From contig NZ_FNVO01000009.1 of assembly GCF_900108175.1 (NCBI RefSeq), positions 102,744-166,743 of the forward strand: a stretch of DNA of 64,000 nucleotides, read 5' to 3'. This document shows, in pieces, positions 20,253-30,919 of this stretch. Origin of the DNA: Thermomonospora echinospora (lineage in GTDB: Bacteria; Actinomycetota; Actinomycetes; Streptosporangiales; Streptosporangiaceae). A program made the translations under genes and the position numbers. Below the pieces are notes generated by a model. The model worked only from the letters and a program-made list of their open reading frames with translations. It ran no database searches and was not told where the DNA came from. Positions within the stretch are counted from its first letter, which is position 1. Each line of letters begins with the position of its first letter.

Positions 20253-21107
20253 TCAGCTTCTGGAGCGCTGCGGTGGTGTCGTCGCTGGTGCATCCGTGAT
20301 GGCACGCTGGGTGCCGACGTGCTGGAGTTCGGCGAGGAAAAAGCCCGTGGCGTACACGGCCGAGCAGTCCAGCAGCCGCCACGGGCTGCCGGTCACCAGC
20401 ATCTCCAGCTCGTACGGCGACACCATCAGCCGGTCGAACCACGCCGACGCCCAGCACCGGTATCGCAGCCGCATCCGCACCTGGCCGGGCATCCGGCCGG
20501 CCTTGCGGTTCGTGTCGTGGTAGCGCAGGTGCTCGGGCGGGCGTACGGCGTAGGGGTCGCGTCCGATCGCGTACATGCGGGCGCCCGGACGGGCCAGCCT
20601 CGCCAGGCTGCCGAGCACCTTCGGGGCCTGCTCGCGGCTGCCGAGCAGACCGAGGTTGCCGCCGAGGAGCATGATCGTGTCGAACGTACCGAGGTCGCCG
20701 GGCCGCTGAACGGTGCCGAGCCGGGCGTCCAGGCCGCGCGACCGGGCCACCTCGACCGCGCCCGGCGACGGGTCGATGCCGACGACCTCCTGGCAGTTCC
20801 GCATGGCGATCATGTGGCGGCCCGCCCCGCACCCGACGTCCAGGACCCGCCCGGCCGCCAGCTCGACCGCGCGGCGCTCCGGAACCATCCACTCGTCGGG
20901 GCGGGTGAAGTAGCGGAAGGCGTCCTCCACGCTCACGAAGCCGTCGGACCGCTCGATCACCTGCCGTGCGACGCCGCGGCGGGCACCGGCCCGGTAGCAG
21001 TCGCGCAGCAGCTCGCCGAAGCCGTCCACGCCGGGCACCTGCGGCGACTCGGCGGCGGCCCCGTAGTCCAGGCAGCCTTTGGCTGGAGTATCCATGGTTG
21101 TTCTCAC
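20253..21107 (-). CDS. Class I SAM-dependent methyltransferase
   Basis: Contains motif I VLDVGCGAGRH. An alternative start lies at 21095. Confidence 0.8.
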   Translation of the reverse strand: MRTTMDTPAKGCLDYGAAAESPQVPGVDGFGELLRDCYRAGARRGVARQVIERSDGFVSVEDAFRYFTRPDEWMVPERRAVELAAGRVLDVGCGAGRHMIAMRNCQEVVGIDPSPGAVEVARSRGLDARLGTVQRPGDLGTFDTIMLLGGNLGLLGSREQAPKVLGSLARLARPGARMYAIGRDPYAVRPPEHLRYHDTNRKAGRMPGQVRMRLRYRCWASAWFDRLMVSPYELEMLVTGSPWRLLDCSAVYATGFFLAELQHVGTQRAITDAPATTPPQRSRS

Positions 21108-21296
21108 TCTCGGGATGGCGGATGTGCCGACCCCTCCTCAGCATCGGCACATCCGCGTCTCGGAAGGAGCAGCGGCCCCAGGGGGTCGGATGAGGCCGCC
21201 ACCCCGCTCTACTGGCCGCCGGCCTCGCCCTGACCGGTACGCCAGGTGGGCCGTACGAACACGGCATCCATCACCGCGCCCCCATCCCGGCGCGGT

Positions 21297-21746
21297 TCAC
21301 GCGGGGCTCGCTATCAGCCCGAGCCGGGTCAAGGCCCGGCGGAACCGCCCTGGTCGGCGGACGGCCTCATGGCGGCCGTGGCGGGCCGCCGGGGTGGTGG
21401 AGCCCCCGCCCGCCGGACGATGCTGCGGCCTCCGGCGGGCGGGGGGCTGGTCCCCGAGCGGTCTGCGGCGCTGGGCCTGGCGCTGCGGGAGGACCGGCCG
21501 GGGGGTCGGGGGGAGAAGCTGCTTGTAGTGCTGTTCGAGCAGGGCGGACAGGCCGGCGGCGGTGTGCGCCTCGATCAGGCCGGTCGCACCGGTCGGCGCG
21601 GCCAGCCACCGGCCGGACTTGGGTCCGTACCAGGCGGCGGCGTCGGGGAACTGGGCACGAAGCTCGCTCTGCTGCCGGTGCCGCGTCTGCTCCTGCGAAC
21701 GAGGTACGGGGATCGGCCACGCAGGGGGCGCTAGGCTCTTACTCAC
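21297..21746 (-). CDS. Candidate hypothetical protein (149 aa, Pro/Arg-rich C-terminus)
   Basis: Third-codon-position GC in this frame is about 93%, as in the bona fide genes here. A GTG start is preceded by AGGAAAGCGAG. There are no recognisable motifs. Confidence 0.35.
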   Translation of the reverse strand: MSKSLAPPAWPIPVPRSQEQTRHRQQSELRAQFPDAAAWYGPKSGRWLAAPTGATGLIEAHTAAGLSALLEQHYKQLLPPTPRPVLPQRQAQRRRPLGDQPPARRRPQHRPAGGGSTTPAARHGRHEAVRRPGRFRRALTRLGLIASPA

Positions 21747-21943
21747 GTCAGGACTCGCTTTCCTGGCCAGGCCCCGGAACTCCCCGACGTTGCAGCGTCG
21801 GGCCGGGGCCGCTTGGTTACACATGGTTAGTGAAACCACGTCACACGGCGTAGGCCAGAGGGCATGATGGGGGGACTGGCCGACCCCCCTAGGGGGACGT
21901 CCGCTCCCCCAGGGGTGCGGGGTGACCGGAAGGTGCACGCACC

Positions 21944-23335
21944 ATGAGCCGAGCCGAAAGACGAGCCAAGATCACCCCCGAAGGACGCGCCAGAGGAGCG
22001 CGCCTGCGGACCGAACGCGACCATCGCGGATGGGGCCGCCGCGAGTTGGCCCGCCTCCTGCTCGACGCCATCGATGACAGGCAAAAACCCTCACACGTCA
22101 CCGTCGCCAGCCACATCAAAGAATGGGAGGATGGCGGCGGAATCTCCGCCATGTACCGCACCGCCTACGCCACAGTGTTCGACCTCCCTGAGGCCGAACT
22201 ATTCGCCCCCACCCAGGCCACCCCGCCACTCTCGCCGTCCGACTCCGGCGAGGTCCGCGCCGTTCAAGAGCTTTCGCAGCCCTATTCCACCGACCCGATG
22301 GGTACCGTGGGCGTGAGCCCTGTTCCCGACTTCAGGGATGACGACATGAGACGTCGCGCTGCACTCCAGTTGCTGGCCGCGCTCGGTGCGGGAACGGCCA
22401 TCCCACCGGGATCTCTCGAAGGCGTCCTCAGCGGGATCGATGATGCGCTCGGCAACCCTCTCGATCTGGACGAGTGGGAGCGCACCGTCCACGAGTACGG
22501 GCAGTTGCTCATCACCCGGCCGGCCGGAGCCCTGACCAGGGACCTGACCTCCGACATCATCACCGTCGGCGAATTGCTCAGGCGGCAGCTCGCCGAACCG
22601 GAGCGGCAGCGGATGCTGCGGGTCAGCGCCGGATTGTCGGCATGTCTGGCGATCAACTTGGGGGACCGGGGCGACATCCGTGCCGTACGCACCGCTTGGG
22701 CCACCGCCATACGCGCCGCTGACGCCTGCGGCGATACGGACCTGCGTGTATGGGTGCGTGGCCGGGCCGCCCAGGAAGCTTGTTGGACCGGACGGCCGAC
22801 CTCCACCGTCGTCGCCCTGGCCGACGAAGCCGTCACGATCGCGGACGGGGGGCCGTCCGCCGGGCTGGCCCGCGCTCATGCCGCACGCGCCTACGCCGCC
22901 GTCGCCCAGGGCGACACCGCCCAGGCCTATGCCTCCCTGGCCAAGGCCAAGCGCACGTTCGACGGGCTTCCGCACCAGGACGGACAGTCGGTGTTCGCTT
23001 TCCGGCAGAGCCAGTTGCGGTGGACCGAGTCCTACGTGCACGCCCTCTCCGGGGACCGCCGGGCTCACGCGACGGTGGCGGAGGCTGAGAGCCTCTACCC
23101 ACCCGACGCGCACGGCCCCCGCTCGAACCTGGCGCTCATGGACGCGGCTGCGCTCATCCAGGCGCGGGAGGTGAAGACGGGACTGGAGCGGGCGATCACC
23201 GCCCTGGAACGCCACCCTGACGCCGCGACCGCCGGAAGGGCGTCGCTGACAGGACAGATCCTACGGACACTGCCACCCGAGGCCCGCAGGCTGCCCGCTG
23301 CCCGCGAACTGCAAGCGCTGACGGCCAGCGCCTGA
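21944..23335 (+). CDS. XRE-family helix-turn-helix regulator (Streptomyces-type, long C-terminal helical domain)
   Basis: The N-terminal HTH (GWGRRELARLL) and RBS GGAAGG support the call. Confidence 0.75.
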   Translation: MSRAERRAKITPEGRARGARLRTERDHRGWGRRELARLLLDAIDDRQKPSHVTVASHIKEWEDGGGISAMYRTAYATVFDLPEAELFAPTQATPPLSPSDSGEVRAVQELSQPYSTDPMGTVGVSPVPDFRDDDMRRRAALQLLAALGAGTAIPPGSLEGVLSGIDDALGNPLDLDEWERTVHEYGQLLITRPAGALTRDLTSDIITVGELLRRQLAEPERQRMLRVSAGLSACLAINLGDRGDIRAVRTAWATAIRAADACGDTDLRVWVRGRAAQEACWTGRPTSTVVALADEAVTIADGGPSAGLARAHAARAYAAVAQGDTAQAYASLAKAKRTFDGLPHQDGQSVFAFRQSQLRWTESYVHALSGDRRAHATVAEAESLYPPDAHGPRSNLALMDAAALIQAREVKTGLERAITALERHPDAATAGRASLTGQILRTLPPEARRLPAARELQALTASA

Positions 23336-23472
23336 TCATCCGCCGTTCCTCAGAGGAACATCCGTACCCCTAACGGGCGCGGGCAACCCAGAAGGTGTGC
23401 GCACCATCAGCCGAGACCGCCCCAAAGAACGCACTAGCGCAGCACCCCCAACATCCCCCGCCCAGCGGATCC

Positions 23473-23535
23473 CGCCGATCTTGACGTTATTGCACCCTGA
23501 ACCGCGTTCAGGCAACAATAACGTCAAGATCGGCG
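23473..23535. repeat. Nested perfect palindrome, copy B (arms CGCCGATCTTGACGTTATTG / CAATAACGTCAAGATCGGCG; inner 17-bp palindrome CCTGAACCGCGTTCAGG)
   Basis: Read in the sequence. It lies between convergent gene ends (XRE + / PaaI -). Confidence 0.9.
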
Positions 23536-23587
23536 GGAATTGAACGCTCTGCGGACGCGCTCACACCCCCTCTACACTCCGAATTTC

Positions 23588-23649
23588 GGCGATCTTGACG
23601 TTATTGCGCTCTAGGTGCCGTTCAGCCTGCAATAACGTCAAGATCGGCG
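23588..23649. repeat. Nested palindrome, copy C (same 20-bp arms; inner part degenerate)
   Basis: Read in the sequence 53 bp after copy B, giving a tandem pair. Confidence 0.9.
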
Positions 23650-23904
23650 AAGACACGAGCCCGGCCGAAGAGGTGCAGCGGGCCGCACGGCGCTTCTACC
23701 GGCCCGACACCCCCTGTACTCGTCGGTCCGGCTCGGCCTTTACAGCGCCGTCGCGTACGCCCGCACCGATCCCGGCGAGGGCGGCCGACAGGCCATGGAC
23801 GTCATCGAATCCGTCCCGCCCGCTACCTCACCAAAGGATGGGGCGCCTGTCTTTCCCAGCCGTGCGAAAGCCCCGCCGACAGGTGACCGGCGGGACCTGG
23901 CGGG

Positions 23905-24465
23905 TCAGCGTTCCTTGGTGAAGTGCTCCAGCGGCACCTTGATGAAAATGCTGGCGGCGCGTACCGCGATCGGGCCGTCCGGGCCGCCGAGGCGGGCCTC
24001 GCCCTCGATGTAGGCCTTGCGTCCGTCCACTCCCGTGCAGCGGGCGGTGAGGTGGACGACCGAGCCCACAGGGACCGGGGCGAGGTAGTCGGTCTCCAGC
24101 CGTCCGGTCACGTACCGGCCGCCCAGCAGCCAGGCCGAGGTGCCGAGGATCTCGTCCATCGCCGAGGCGAGGATCCCGCCGTGCGCGAGCCCCGGCGCCC
24201 CCTGGTGCTCGGGCTGCACGGTGAACTCGGCGTAGGCGGTGCTGCCGTCGTGGCCGGTGCGCCTGATCCGCAGCCCGTGCGGCACGTCCGGGCCGCAACC
24301 GAAGCACGCGTTGCCCAGGACCTCGCCGACGTCCTCCATGTCGCGGACGGCGGAGGCGTCCACGACGGGGACGGCCGCGTCCGACGGCGGCGTGGTGAGC
24401 GGCGAGGCCGCGCTGGAACGCCTGGCGGCGCGGGGCTCACTGGGACTGGTCATGCTTCCAGACAT
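23905..24465 (-). CDS. PaaI-family (hotdog-fold) thioesterase
   Basis: Contains the GLAHGGILASAMDEILG motif typical of PaaI/4HBT-type thioesterases. The N-terminal 40 aa are low complexity, so the start is uncertain. Confidence 0.8.
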   Translation of the reverse strand: MSGSMTSPSEPRAARRSSAASPLTTPPSDAAVPVVDASAVRDMEDVGEVLGNACFGCGPDVPHGLRIRRTGHDGSTAYAEFTVQPEHQGAPGLAHGGILASAMDEILGTSAWLLGGRYVTGRLETDYLAPVPVGSVVHLTARCTGVDGRKAYIEGEARLGGPDGPIAVRAASIFIKVPLEHFTKER

Positions 24466-24550
24466 TACATATCGACTGCGTTCGGCGGAAAGCCGTAAGC
24501 ATGGAGAGCCACATCACGTCAGGGCCGTTCGCCGGGGGTTCGGGCGGAGG

Positions 24551-25807
<1,257 letters not shown>

Positions 25808-25848
25808 CAGGCCCCTGCCTCCTCCGACCACAACGCCCGATCACGGCC

Positions 25849-26235
25849 TCAGCCGCCCTCGTCCTCCGGCCGCGATCCGGGCGGCGGACCATCGGGCAGG
25901 GTGTCGGTGACGGTCAGGCAGCGGGCCAGCCCGGTGATGTCCAGCAGACGGGTCACCGGGCGGCTGGGGGCGACCAGAACGAGCCGGCCGCCGACGGCGA
26001 CCAGGCGTTTGTGAACGTTGATGATGGCGTTCACGCCGCTGGAGTCACAGAAGGCCAGGTCGGCCAGCCGCAGCGCCAGACGGGGCGGGGGCGCCCTGTC
26101 CGCCGCGCCGGCCAGGACCTCGTCCAGGCGGCGGGCCAGCGAGCCAACCGTGGTGAAGTCCAGCGCGCCCGCCAAGGCCAGGACGGTCCAGGGGCCGCGC
26201 CGCTCCAGGGTCACGTCCAGCGCTTCGGCCGTCAT
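25849..26235 (-). CDS. STAS-domain anti-sigma-factor antagonist (SpoIIAA-like)
   Basis: WTVLALAGALDFTTVGSL...LAFCDSSGVNAI is the STAS pattern with the phospho-acceptor Ser. It lies immediately upstream of the PP2C phosphatase, as in a partner-switching pair. Confidence 0.75.
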   Translation of the reverse strand: MTAEALDVTLERRGPWTVLALAGALDFTTVGSLARRLDEVLAGAADRAPPPRLALRLADLAFCDSSGVNAIINVHKRLVAVGGRLVLVAPSRPVTRLLDITGLARCLTVTDTLPDGPPPGSRPEDEGG

Positions 26236-26497
26236 GCCGCCGTCGACGGTGTGGCCGGAAGGGTCATCGGGGGGAACATGCGGCCAGCGAACGCCGTCGG
26301 GAGTGGACGGAGCAGGACGGACACCGATCATCGAGAGCTCCCCGGAGGCGTGTCGGGCGGCCCATCGTGCGGACCTCCTTTCAGACCTGTCGGTGTGCCC
26401 GCTGAAACTCCCCCGAGTGCCATGGCCCGTTCAAAACCGGCCCAAGAAAACGGAAACCGCGGCGGCCGGGACCGTGCAAGTACCCTCGCAGGCAGTG

Positions 26498-27241
26498 ATG
26501 ACCGACACCCTCGACCTGCGACCGCTGACCGCCCGCTCGGTGGTGCTGAGCACGCTGCTCGGCTCCCACCCTCCGCGGATGCCCGCCCGCCACCTGGTCC
26601 GGGTCGGTGAGCTGTTCGGCATCGCCGAGGGCACCGTCCGGGTGGCGCTGTCGCGCATGGTCGCCGCCGGCGACCTCGTCCAGGTGGACGGCGCGTACCA
26701 GCTCACCGAACGGCTGCTGCGCCGCCAGGCCCGCCAGGACGAGAGCCGTTCGCCGCGCACCCGCCCCTGGGACGGCTCCTGGGAAATCGCGGTCATCACC
26801 GCCGAACGCCGGCCCGCCGCCGACCGCGCCGCCCTCCGCCAGGCCATGGCCGGGCTGCGACTGGCCGAGCTGCGCGAGGGCACCTGGCTGCGTCCGGCCA
26901 ACCTCGCCCTCGACCGGCCCGCCATCGTGGCCCAGCAGTGCACGTTCCTCCTCGGACGGCCCGAGCAGGACCCCCGGCGGCTGGCCGCCGCGCTGTGGGA
27001 CCTGCCGGGGTGGGCGGCCACGGCCCGCCGCCTGATCGCCGCACTCGACCGGGCGGCCCCGGCGGCCGAACACTTCACCGTCTCGGCCGCCGTGCTGCGC
27101 CACCTGATGGCCGACCCGCTGCTCCCCGGCGAGCTGCTGCCGGACGGCTGGCCCGGCTCCGAGCTGCGCGCCCATTACGAACGCGCCGAGGCCGCGTTCG
27201 GGCGCTTCCTGGCCGACCACGTCCTGTCGGGCTCCCGGTGA
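26498..27241 (+). CDS. PaaX-family transcriptional regulator
   Basis: ARSVVLSTLLGSHPP...GTVRVALSRMVAAGDL matches the PaaX N-terminal winged helix. The ATG at 26498 is supported. The 5' extension in the track ORF is rejected. Confidence 0.8.
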   Translation: MTDTLDLRPLTARSVVLSTLLGSHPPRMPARHLVRVGELFGIAEGTVRVALSRMVAAGDLVQVDGAYQLTERLLRRQARQDESRSPRTRPWDGSWEIAVITAERRPAADRAALRQAMAGLRLAELREGTWLRPANLALDRPAIVAQQCTFLLGRPEQDPRRLAAALWDLPGWAATARRLIAALDRAAPAAEHFTVSAAVLRHLMADPLLPGELLPDGWPGSELRAHYERAEAAFGRFLADHVLSGSR

Positions 27242-27272
27242 CGCCGCCCGCCGGGACGGGGCCCAACGGCCC

Positions 27273-27741
27273 ATTGGCGACACTCGAACATAAACTGCTC
27301 GCCGTGAACGCTGAGTACGGCTACTGGGAGACCGTCCCCACCCGGTGGAAGGACAACGACGTCTACGGCCACGTCAACAACGCCGTCCACTACTCGGTGA
27401 TGGACACCGTGATCAACGCCTGGCTGATCCGGGAGGCGGGCCTGGACATCCACCGGAGCCGCTCCATCGGGCTGTGCGTGGAGTCGCAGTGCGTCTACAA
27501 GGGCTCGATCGAATTCCCCGAGCCCTTCCGGGTGGGCCTGCGGGTGGGGCATCTGGGCCGTTCCAGCGTCCGCTACGAAGTCGGGCTTTTCCGCGAGGAC
27601 GGCGAGACCCCGGTCGCCGAGGGCCGTTTCGTCCACGTGTTCGTTGACCGCGAGACGCGCCGGCCCGTGGAGATCGGCGAGCCGATGCGCTCGGCGATGA
27701 ACGCACTGCTGACCGGCCCGACCGAAGAGACCACCGCATGA
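27273..27741 (+). CDS. Acyl-CoA thioesterase (4HBT/YbgC-like hotdog)
   Basis: Contains DVYGHVNNAVHYSVMD. The start codon is uncertain: a TTG at 27273 or a GTG slightly downstream. Confidence 0.7.
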
Positions 27742-27799
27742 CGACGAACGGCGAGCCGATGCGCGAACCGCCGGCCGGCCGAACCGAAGGGATGACCGC

Positions 27800-28660
27800 A
27801 TGACGATGAACGGCGGACGTGCACTGGTGCTGGGCGGCGGTGGCGTCGCCGGGATCGCCTGGGAGGCCGGTCTGCTCGCCGGTCTGGCCGAGCAGGGGGT
27901 GGACCTGACCGGCGCCGACCTGTTCGTGGGGACCTCGGCCGGGTCGGTGGTCGGCTCGTTCGCGGCGCACGGCGCCGACATGACCGAGGCGGTGCGGCGG
28001 ATGTCGGCCCGCGCCGAGGGCGACGGCCGGGGCACCGCCCCCGCCGACGTGGACCTGAACGTGGTGCTGCAGGCCTTCGCGATCCTCTACGACGCCTCCC
28101 TCGACCCGCAGGAGGCCCGCGCCAGGGTCGGCCGGATGGCGCTGGAGGCCGAGACCGAGGCCATGGCCGCCGTGCTGGAGGAGGTCGGCACCCGGCTGCC
28201 CAGCCAGGAGTGGCCCGACCGGCGCCTGCTGATCACCGGGGTGGACGTCGAGGACGGCTCGTTCGTCGTCTGGGACGGCTCCTCCAGCGTCCCGCTGGCG
28301 CTGGCGGTACGGGCGAGCTGCACGGTGCCCTGCGTCTTCCCGCCGGTCGCCATCGACGGCCGCCGCTACATGGACGGCGGCTGCCGCTCGGTCACCAACG
28401 CCGACCTGGCCAAGGGCGCCGCCGCCGTGGTCATCGTCGAGCCGATGGCGCACCTGACCCCGCGCGCCACCCTGGAAAAAGAGCTCGCCGAGCTGGGCGA
28501 CGCCCGCACCGTCGCCATCGGCCCCGACCAGGCCACCATGGAGACCTTCGGCGCCGACCTGCTCAGCCCCAAACTCTGGGGCCCCGCCTTCGACGCCGGC
28601 CTCCGGCAAGCCTCGGCCGTCACCGACGACGTCCGCAAGGCATGGGAGCCGTCCGTGTGA
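27800..28660 (+). CDS. Patatin-like phospholipase
   Basis: Shows the oxyanion hole ALVLGGGGVAG, the GTSAG nucleophile elbow and the catalytic Asp in DGG. Confidence 0.85.
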   Translation: MTMNGGRALVLGGGGVAGIAWEAGLLAGLAEQGVDLTGADLFVGTSAGSVVGSFAAHGADMTEAVRRMSARAEGDGRGTAPADVDLNVVLQAFAILYDASLDPQEARARVGRMALEAETEAMAAVLEEVGTRLPSQEWPDRRLLITGVDVEDGSFVVWDGSSSVPLALAVRASCTVPCVFPPVAIDGRRYMDGGCRSVTNADLAKGAAAVVIVEPMAHLTPRATLEKELAELGDARTVAIGPDQATMETFGADLLSPKLWGPAFDAGLRQASAVTDDVRKAWEPSV

Positions 28661-28726
28661 CACCGCCCGTCACCGGCCGGGCCGCAAACGGCCGCCGCCT
28701 GCGGCCGGCCGGTGCGGGCCGCCCGT

Positions 28727-29548
28727 TCAAGAGCAGCCCTCGAACTGCGGGACGGCGATCGTCCCCAGCTCCAGACCGGTGCCGTCGAACCATCTCAACA
28801 GCAGCCTGCGGGCGGTGCCGTCCTGGTACATCTGCGTGATCGCCCGGTTGAGCGCCTCACAGCCCGCCACGTCGCCCCGCCGCATACCGATCCCGGTCCG
28901 CTGCTCGCCGAAGCCGGCGCCGACCAGCCGCAGGCCGGCGCCCCTCTCCCGGGCGATCAGCCCGGCCAGGATCACGTCGTTGGTGGTGATCGCCTCCACC
29001 TCGCCGGTGCGTAGCATGGCCATGCACCGGTCGTAGTGGGGGGCGGGCACCGGCACCGCGGGCACCCCCCGCTCCCGCACCACGCGCTCGGCCGCGTTCG
29101 CGCCCTCCACCGCGCAGATCCGGCGGCCCTTGAGGTCGCGCACGCCGTTGATCCGGCGGTCACCGGAACGCACCAGAATGTCCTGGTAGGAGACGTGGTA
29201 CGGCCCGGCGAAGGCGACCTTGAGCTTGCGCTCGGGGGTGACCGAGAACGTGCCGAACATGAGGTCGGCCCGGCCCGACAACAGCAACGGCTCGCGGTCG
29301 GCGGCCAGCGCCGCCACGAACCTGACCTTCCAGCCGAGCCGGACGGCCAGGTCCCTGGCCACGTCCACCTCGAAGCCCTCGAACGTGCCGTCCGGCCGGC
29401 GCAGCCCGAGCCCGGGAAGGTCCGGCCGCACTCCCACCACCACGGTCCCCTTGTCGAGGATCGACGAACCGCCTCCCGGACCGGCGCAGGCACCGCAGGT
29501 CAGGACGGCCAGAACGACCAGGGCGAACGACACCACCGGCGACCGCAT
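28727..29548 (-). CDS. Amino-acid ABC transporter substrate-binding lipoprotein (PBP type 3), orphan
   Basis: Has a signal and lipobox (LTCGAC) and is SBP_bac_3-like. RBS GGAGGGA lies before the ATG (MRSP). No permease or ATPase gene is adjacent. Confidence 0.8.
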   Translation of the reverse strand: MRSPVVSFALVVLAVLTCGACAGPGGGSSILDKGTVVVGVRPDLPGLGLRRPDGTFEGFEVDVARDLAVRLGWKVRFVAALAADREPLLLSGRADLMFGTFSVTPERKLKVAFAGPYHVSYQDILVRSGDRRINGVRDLKGRRICAVEGANAAERVVRERGVPAVPVPAPHYDRCMAMLRTGEVEAITTNDVILAGLIARERGAGLRLVGAGFGEQRTGIGMRRGDVAGCEALNRAITQMYQDGTARRLLLRWFDGTGLELGTIAVPQFEGCS

Positions 29549-30075
29549 CGTCCCTCCAAACGGGTGTCCGCCGCGGACACGCCGGGTCAACGGCCACCGG
29601 CACGACGGCGGGCCGGGCACGGCTCCGCCCGCCATGCTGGGGCACCCGCCGCCACTGGTCAAGATCTTCAGGCCCGTCGATCCGGTCGCCCGGCCGACTC
29701 GGGGAACGCACCCTGGTCCGATGACCGGTTCCGGTCATGGACGGAAAAGGGAACCGAGATCCATCCGATCCCGTCGAATCACCCGTGCAGCAAGGAGACG
29801 GGAGGTCGCGGGCGGTACCGTTCGAATGCCCGGCTCAAGGCCGCCCGGAACGCGCCCCGGACAATTCGATTGGGCAACAACCAGACATATCTGTATCATT
29901 CGCCTCACGGTGTGCCGGGAAGCCTGGTCGGCAAGGACGACCGGGCTGTCCATCGGCCGGCAACACCGCCAGTCTTCCGGTCGTCCCCGCAAACGACCCG
30001 GTCACCGACCGGGTCGAGACGGCCACGGGTCCCCGCCACCAGGCGGGGGCGGACGCGGGGGAGGTCGGTTAGACC

Positions 30076-30729
30076 ATGGGCGAGTTCGTCGGGACGGTGT
30101 TCGCCTTCCCCACCGTGCTCTTCACCTTTTCGCTGCTGGTCGTCGTCGGCTACTGGGCGTTCGTGGTGCTGGGCGCCGCCGACCTGGACCTGCTGGACGG
30201 CGACGCCGAGGCCGGGGCCGCGGGCCTGGGCGGTTTCCTGGGCGCGCTGCGGCTGGGCGAGGTGCCGGTGACCGTCGCGCTCTCGCTGCTGATCGCCTTC
30301 TCCTGGTTCTTCAGTCTGGTCGGTGCCGTCGTGCTGGATCGTTTCGACCTCTCCTCGCCCCTGACGCTGGCCCTCGGGCTGCTGGCGCTGACCCTGGCCG
30401 TGGTGGCCGGCTGGCTGGTCACCTGCCTGGTGGTGATGCCGCTGCGCAAGGCCCTGCCGCAGGTCCGCGAGTCGTCCCGGCACGACTTCGTGGGCCGGAT
30501 GTGCGTGATCCGCACGTCCACGGTGGGGCCCGACTTCGGCCAGGCCGAGATCACCTCGCCGGACGGCTCGTCGGCCATCATCCAGGTCCGCCAGGAGACC
30601 CCCGATCCCCTGGCCGAGCCGCTCACCGTCGGCAGCAGCGCCCTGATCTTCGACTACGACACGGCCGGCGAGTTCTTCCGCGTCATGCCCTACGACGCCG
30701 CCCTGGATCCCGACCGCCCCTTGCCCTGA
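30076..30729 (+). CDS. NfeD-like / YqiJ-like membrane protein (N-terminal TM helices, C-terminal OB-fold beta domain)
   Basis: Several TM segments are followed by a soluble beta-rich C-terminus (ITSPDGSSAIIQVRQE...SALIFDYD). It lies directly upstream of a flotillin gene, which is the canonical NfeD-SPFH pairing. Confidence 0.65.
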   Translation: MGEFVGTVFAFPTVLFTFSLLVVVGYWAFVVLGAADLDLLDGDAEAGAAGLGGFLGALRLGEVPVTVALSLLIAFSWFFSLVGAVVLDRFDLSSPLTLALGLLALTLAVVAGWLVTCLVVMPLRKALPQVRESSRHDFVGRMCVIRTSTVGPDFGQAEITSPDGSSAIIQVRQETPDPLAEPLTVGSSALIFDYDTAGEFFRVMPYDAALDPDRPLP

Positions 30730-30746
30730 CCCGGGGCCGCCACCGC

Positions 30747-30838
30747 TGCGGCCCCACCGCTTCGACCTCGTTGTCCTGACCGCCCGTCGTTCCGCCTCGA
30801 CGCCCCGGCCGCCCCACCGTCCCGACCTCGTTGCCCTG
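30747..30838. repeat. Two ~30-bp direct repeats (CCCCACCG(c/t)(t/c)(t/c)CGACCTCGTTG(T/C)CCTGACC) with six CCTGA motifs across the 190-bp NfeD-flotillin spacer
   Basis: Read in the sequence. Confidence 0.7.
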
Positions 30839-30919
30839 ACCTCGTTGTTTCGACCGACCGTCGTCCTGAGTCCCCGCCGCCCTGACAGGACGCGACCTGA
30901 CCCCCCGAAGGGAGCGCTG

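Noticed and set aside
23652-23905. Possible gene remnant between palindrome copy C and the PaaI gene (…LYSAVAYARTDPGEGGRQAMDVIES…)
   Set aside because: No start codon is in frame and it is too short to tell. It could be chance.
23336-23921. ORFs 23336-23527 (-) and 23595-23921 (+), both beginning MTLL..R..CNNVKIG
   Set aside because: Both read through the palindromic repeats, so the same peptide appears on both strands. This is an artefact of translating a palindrome, not a gene pair.
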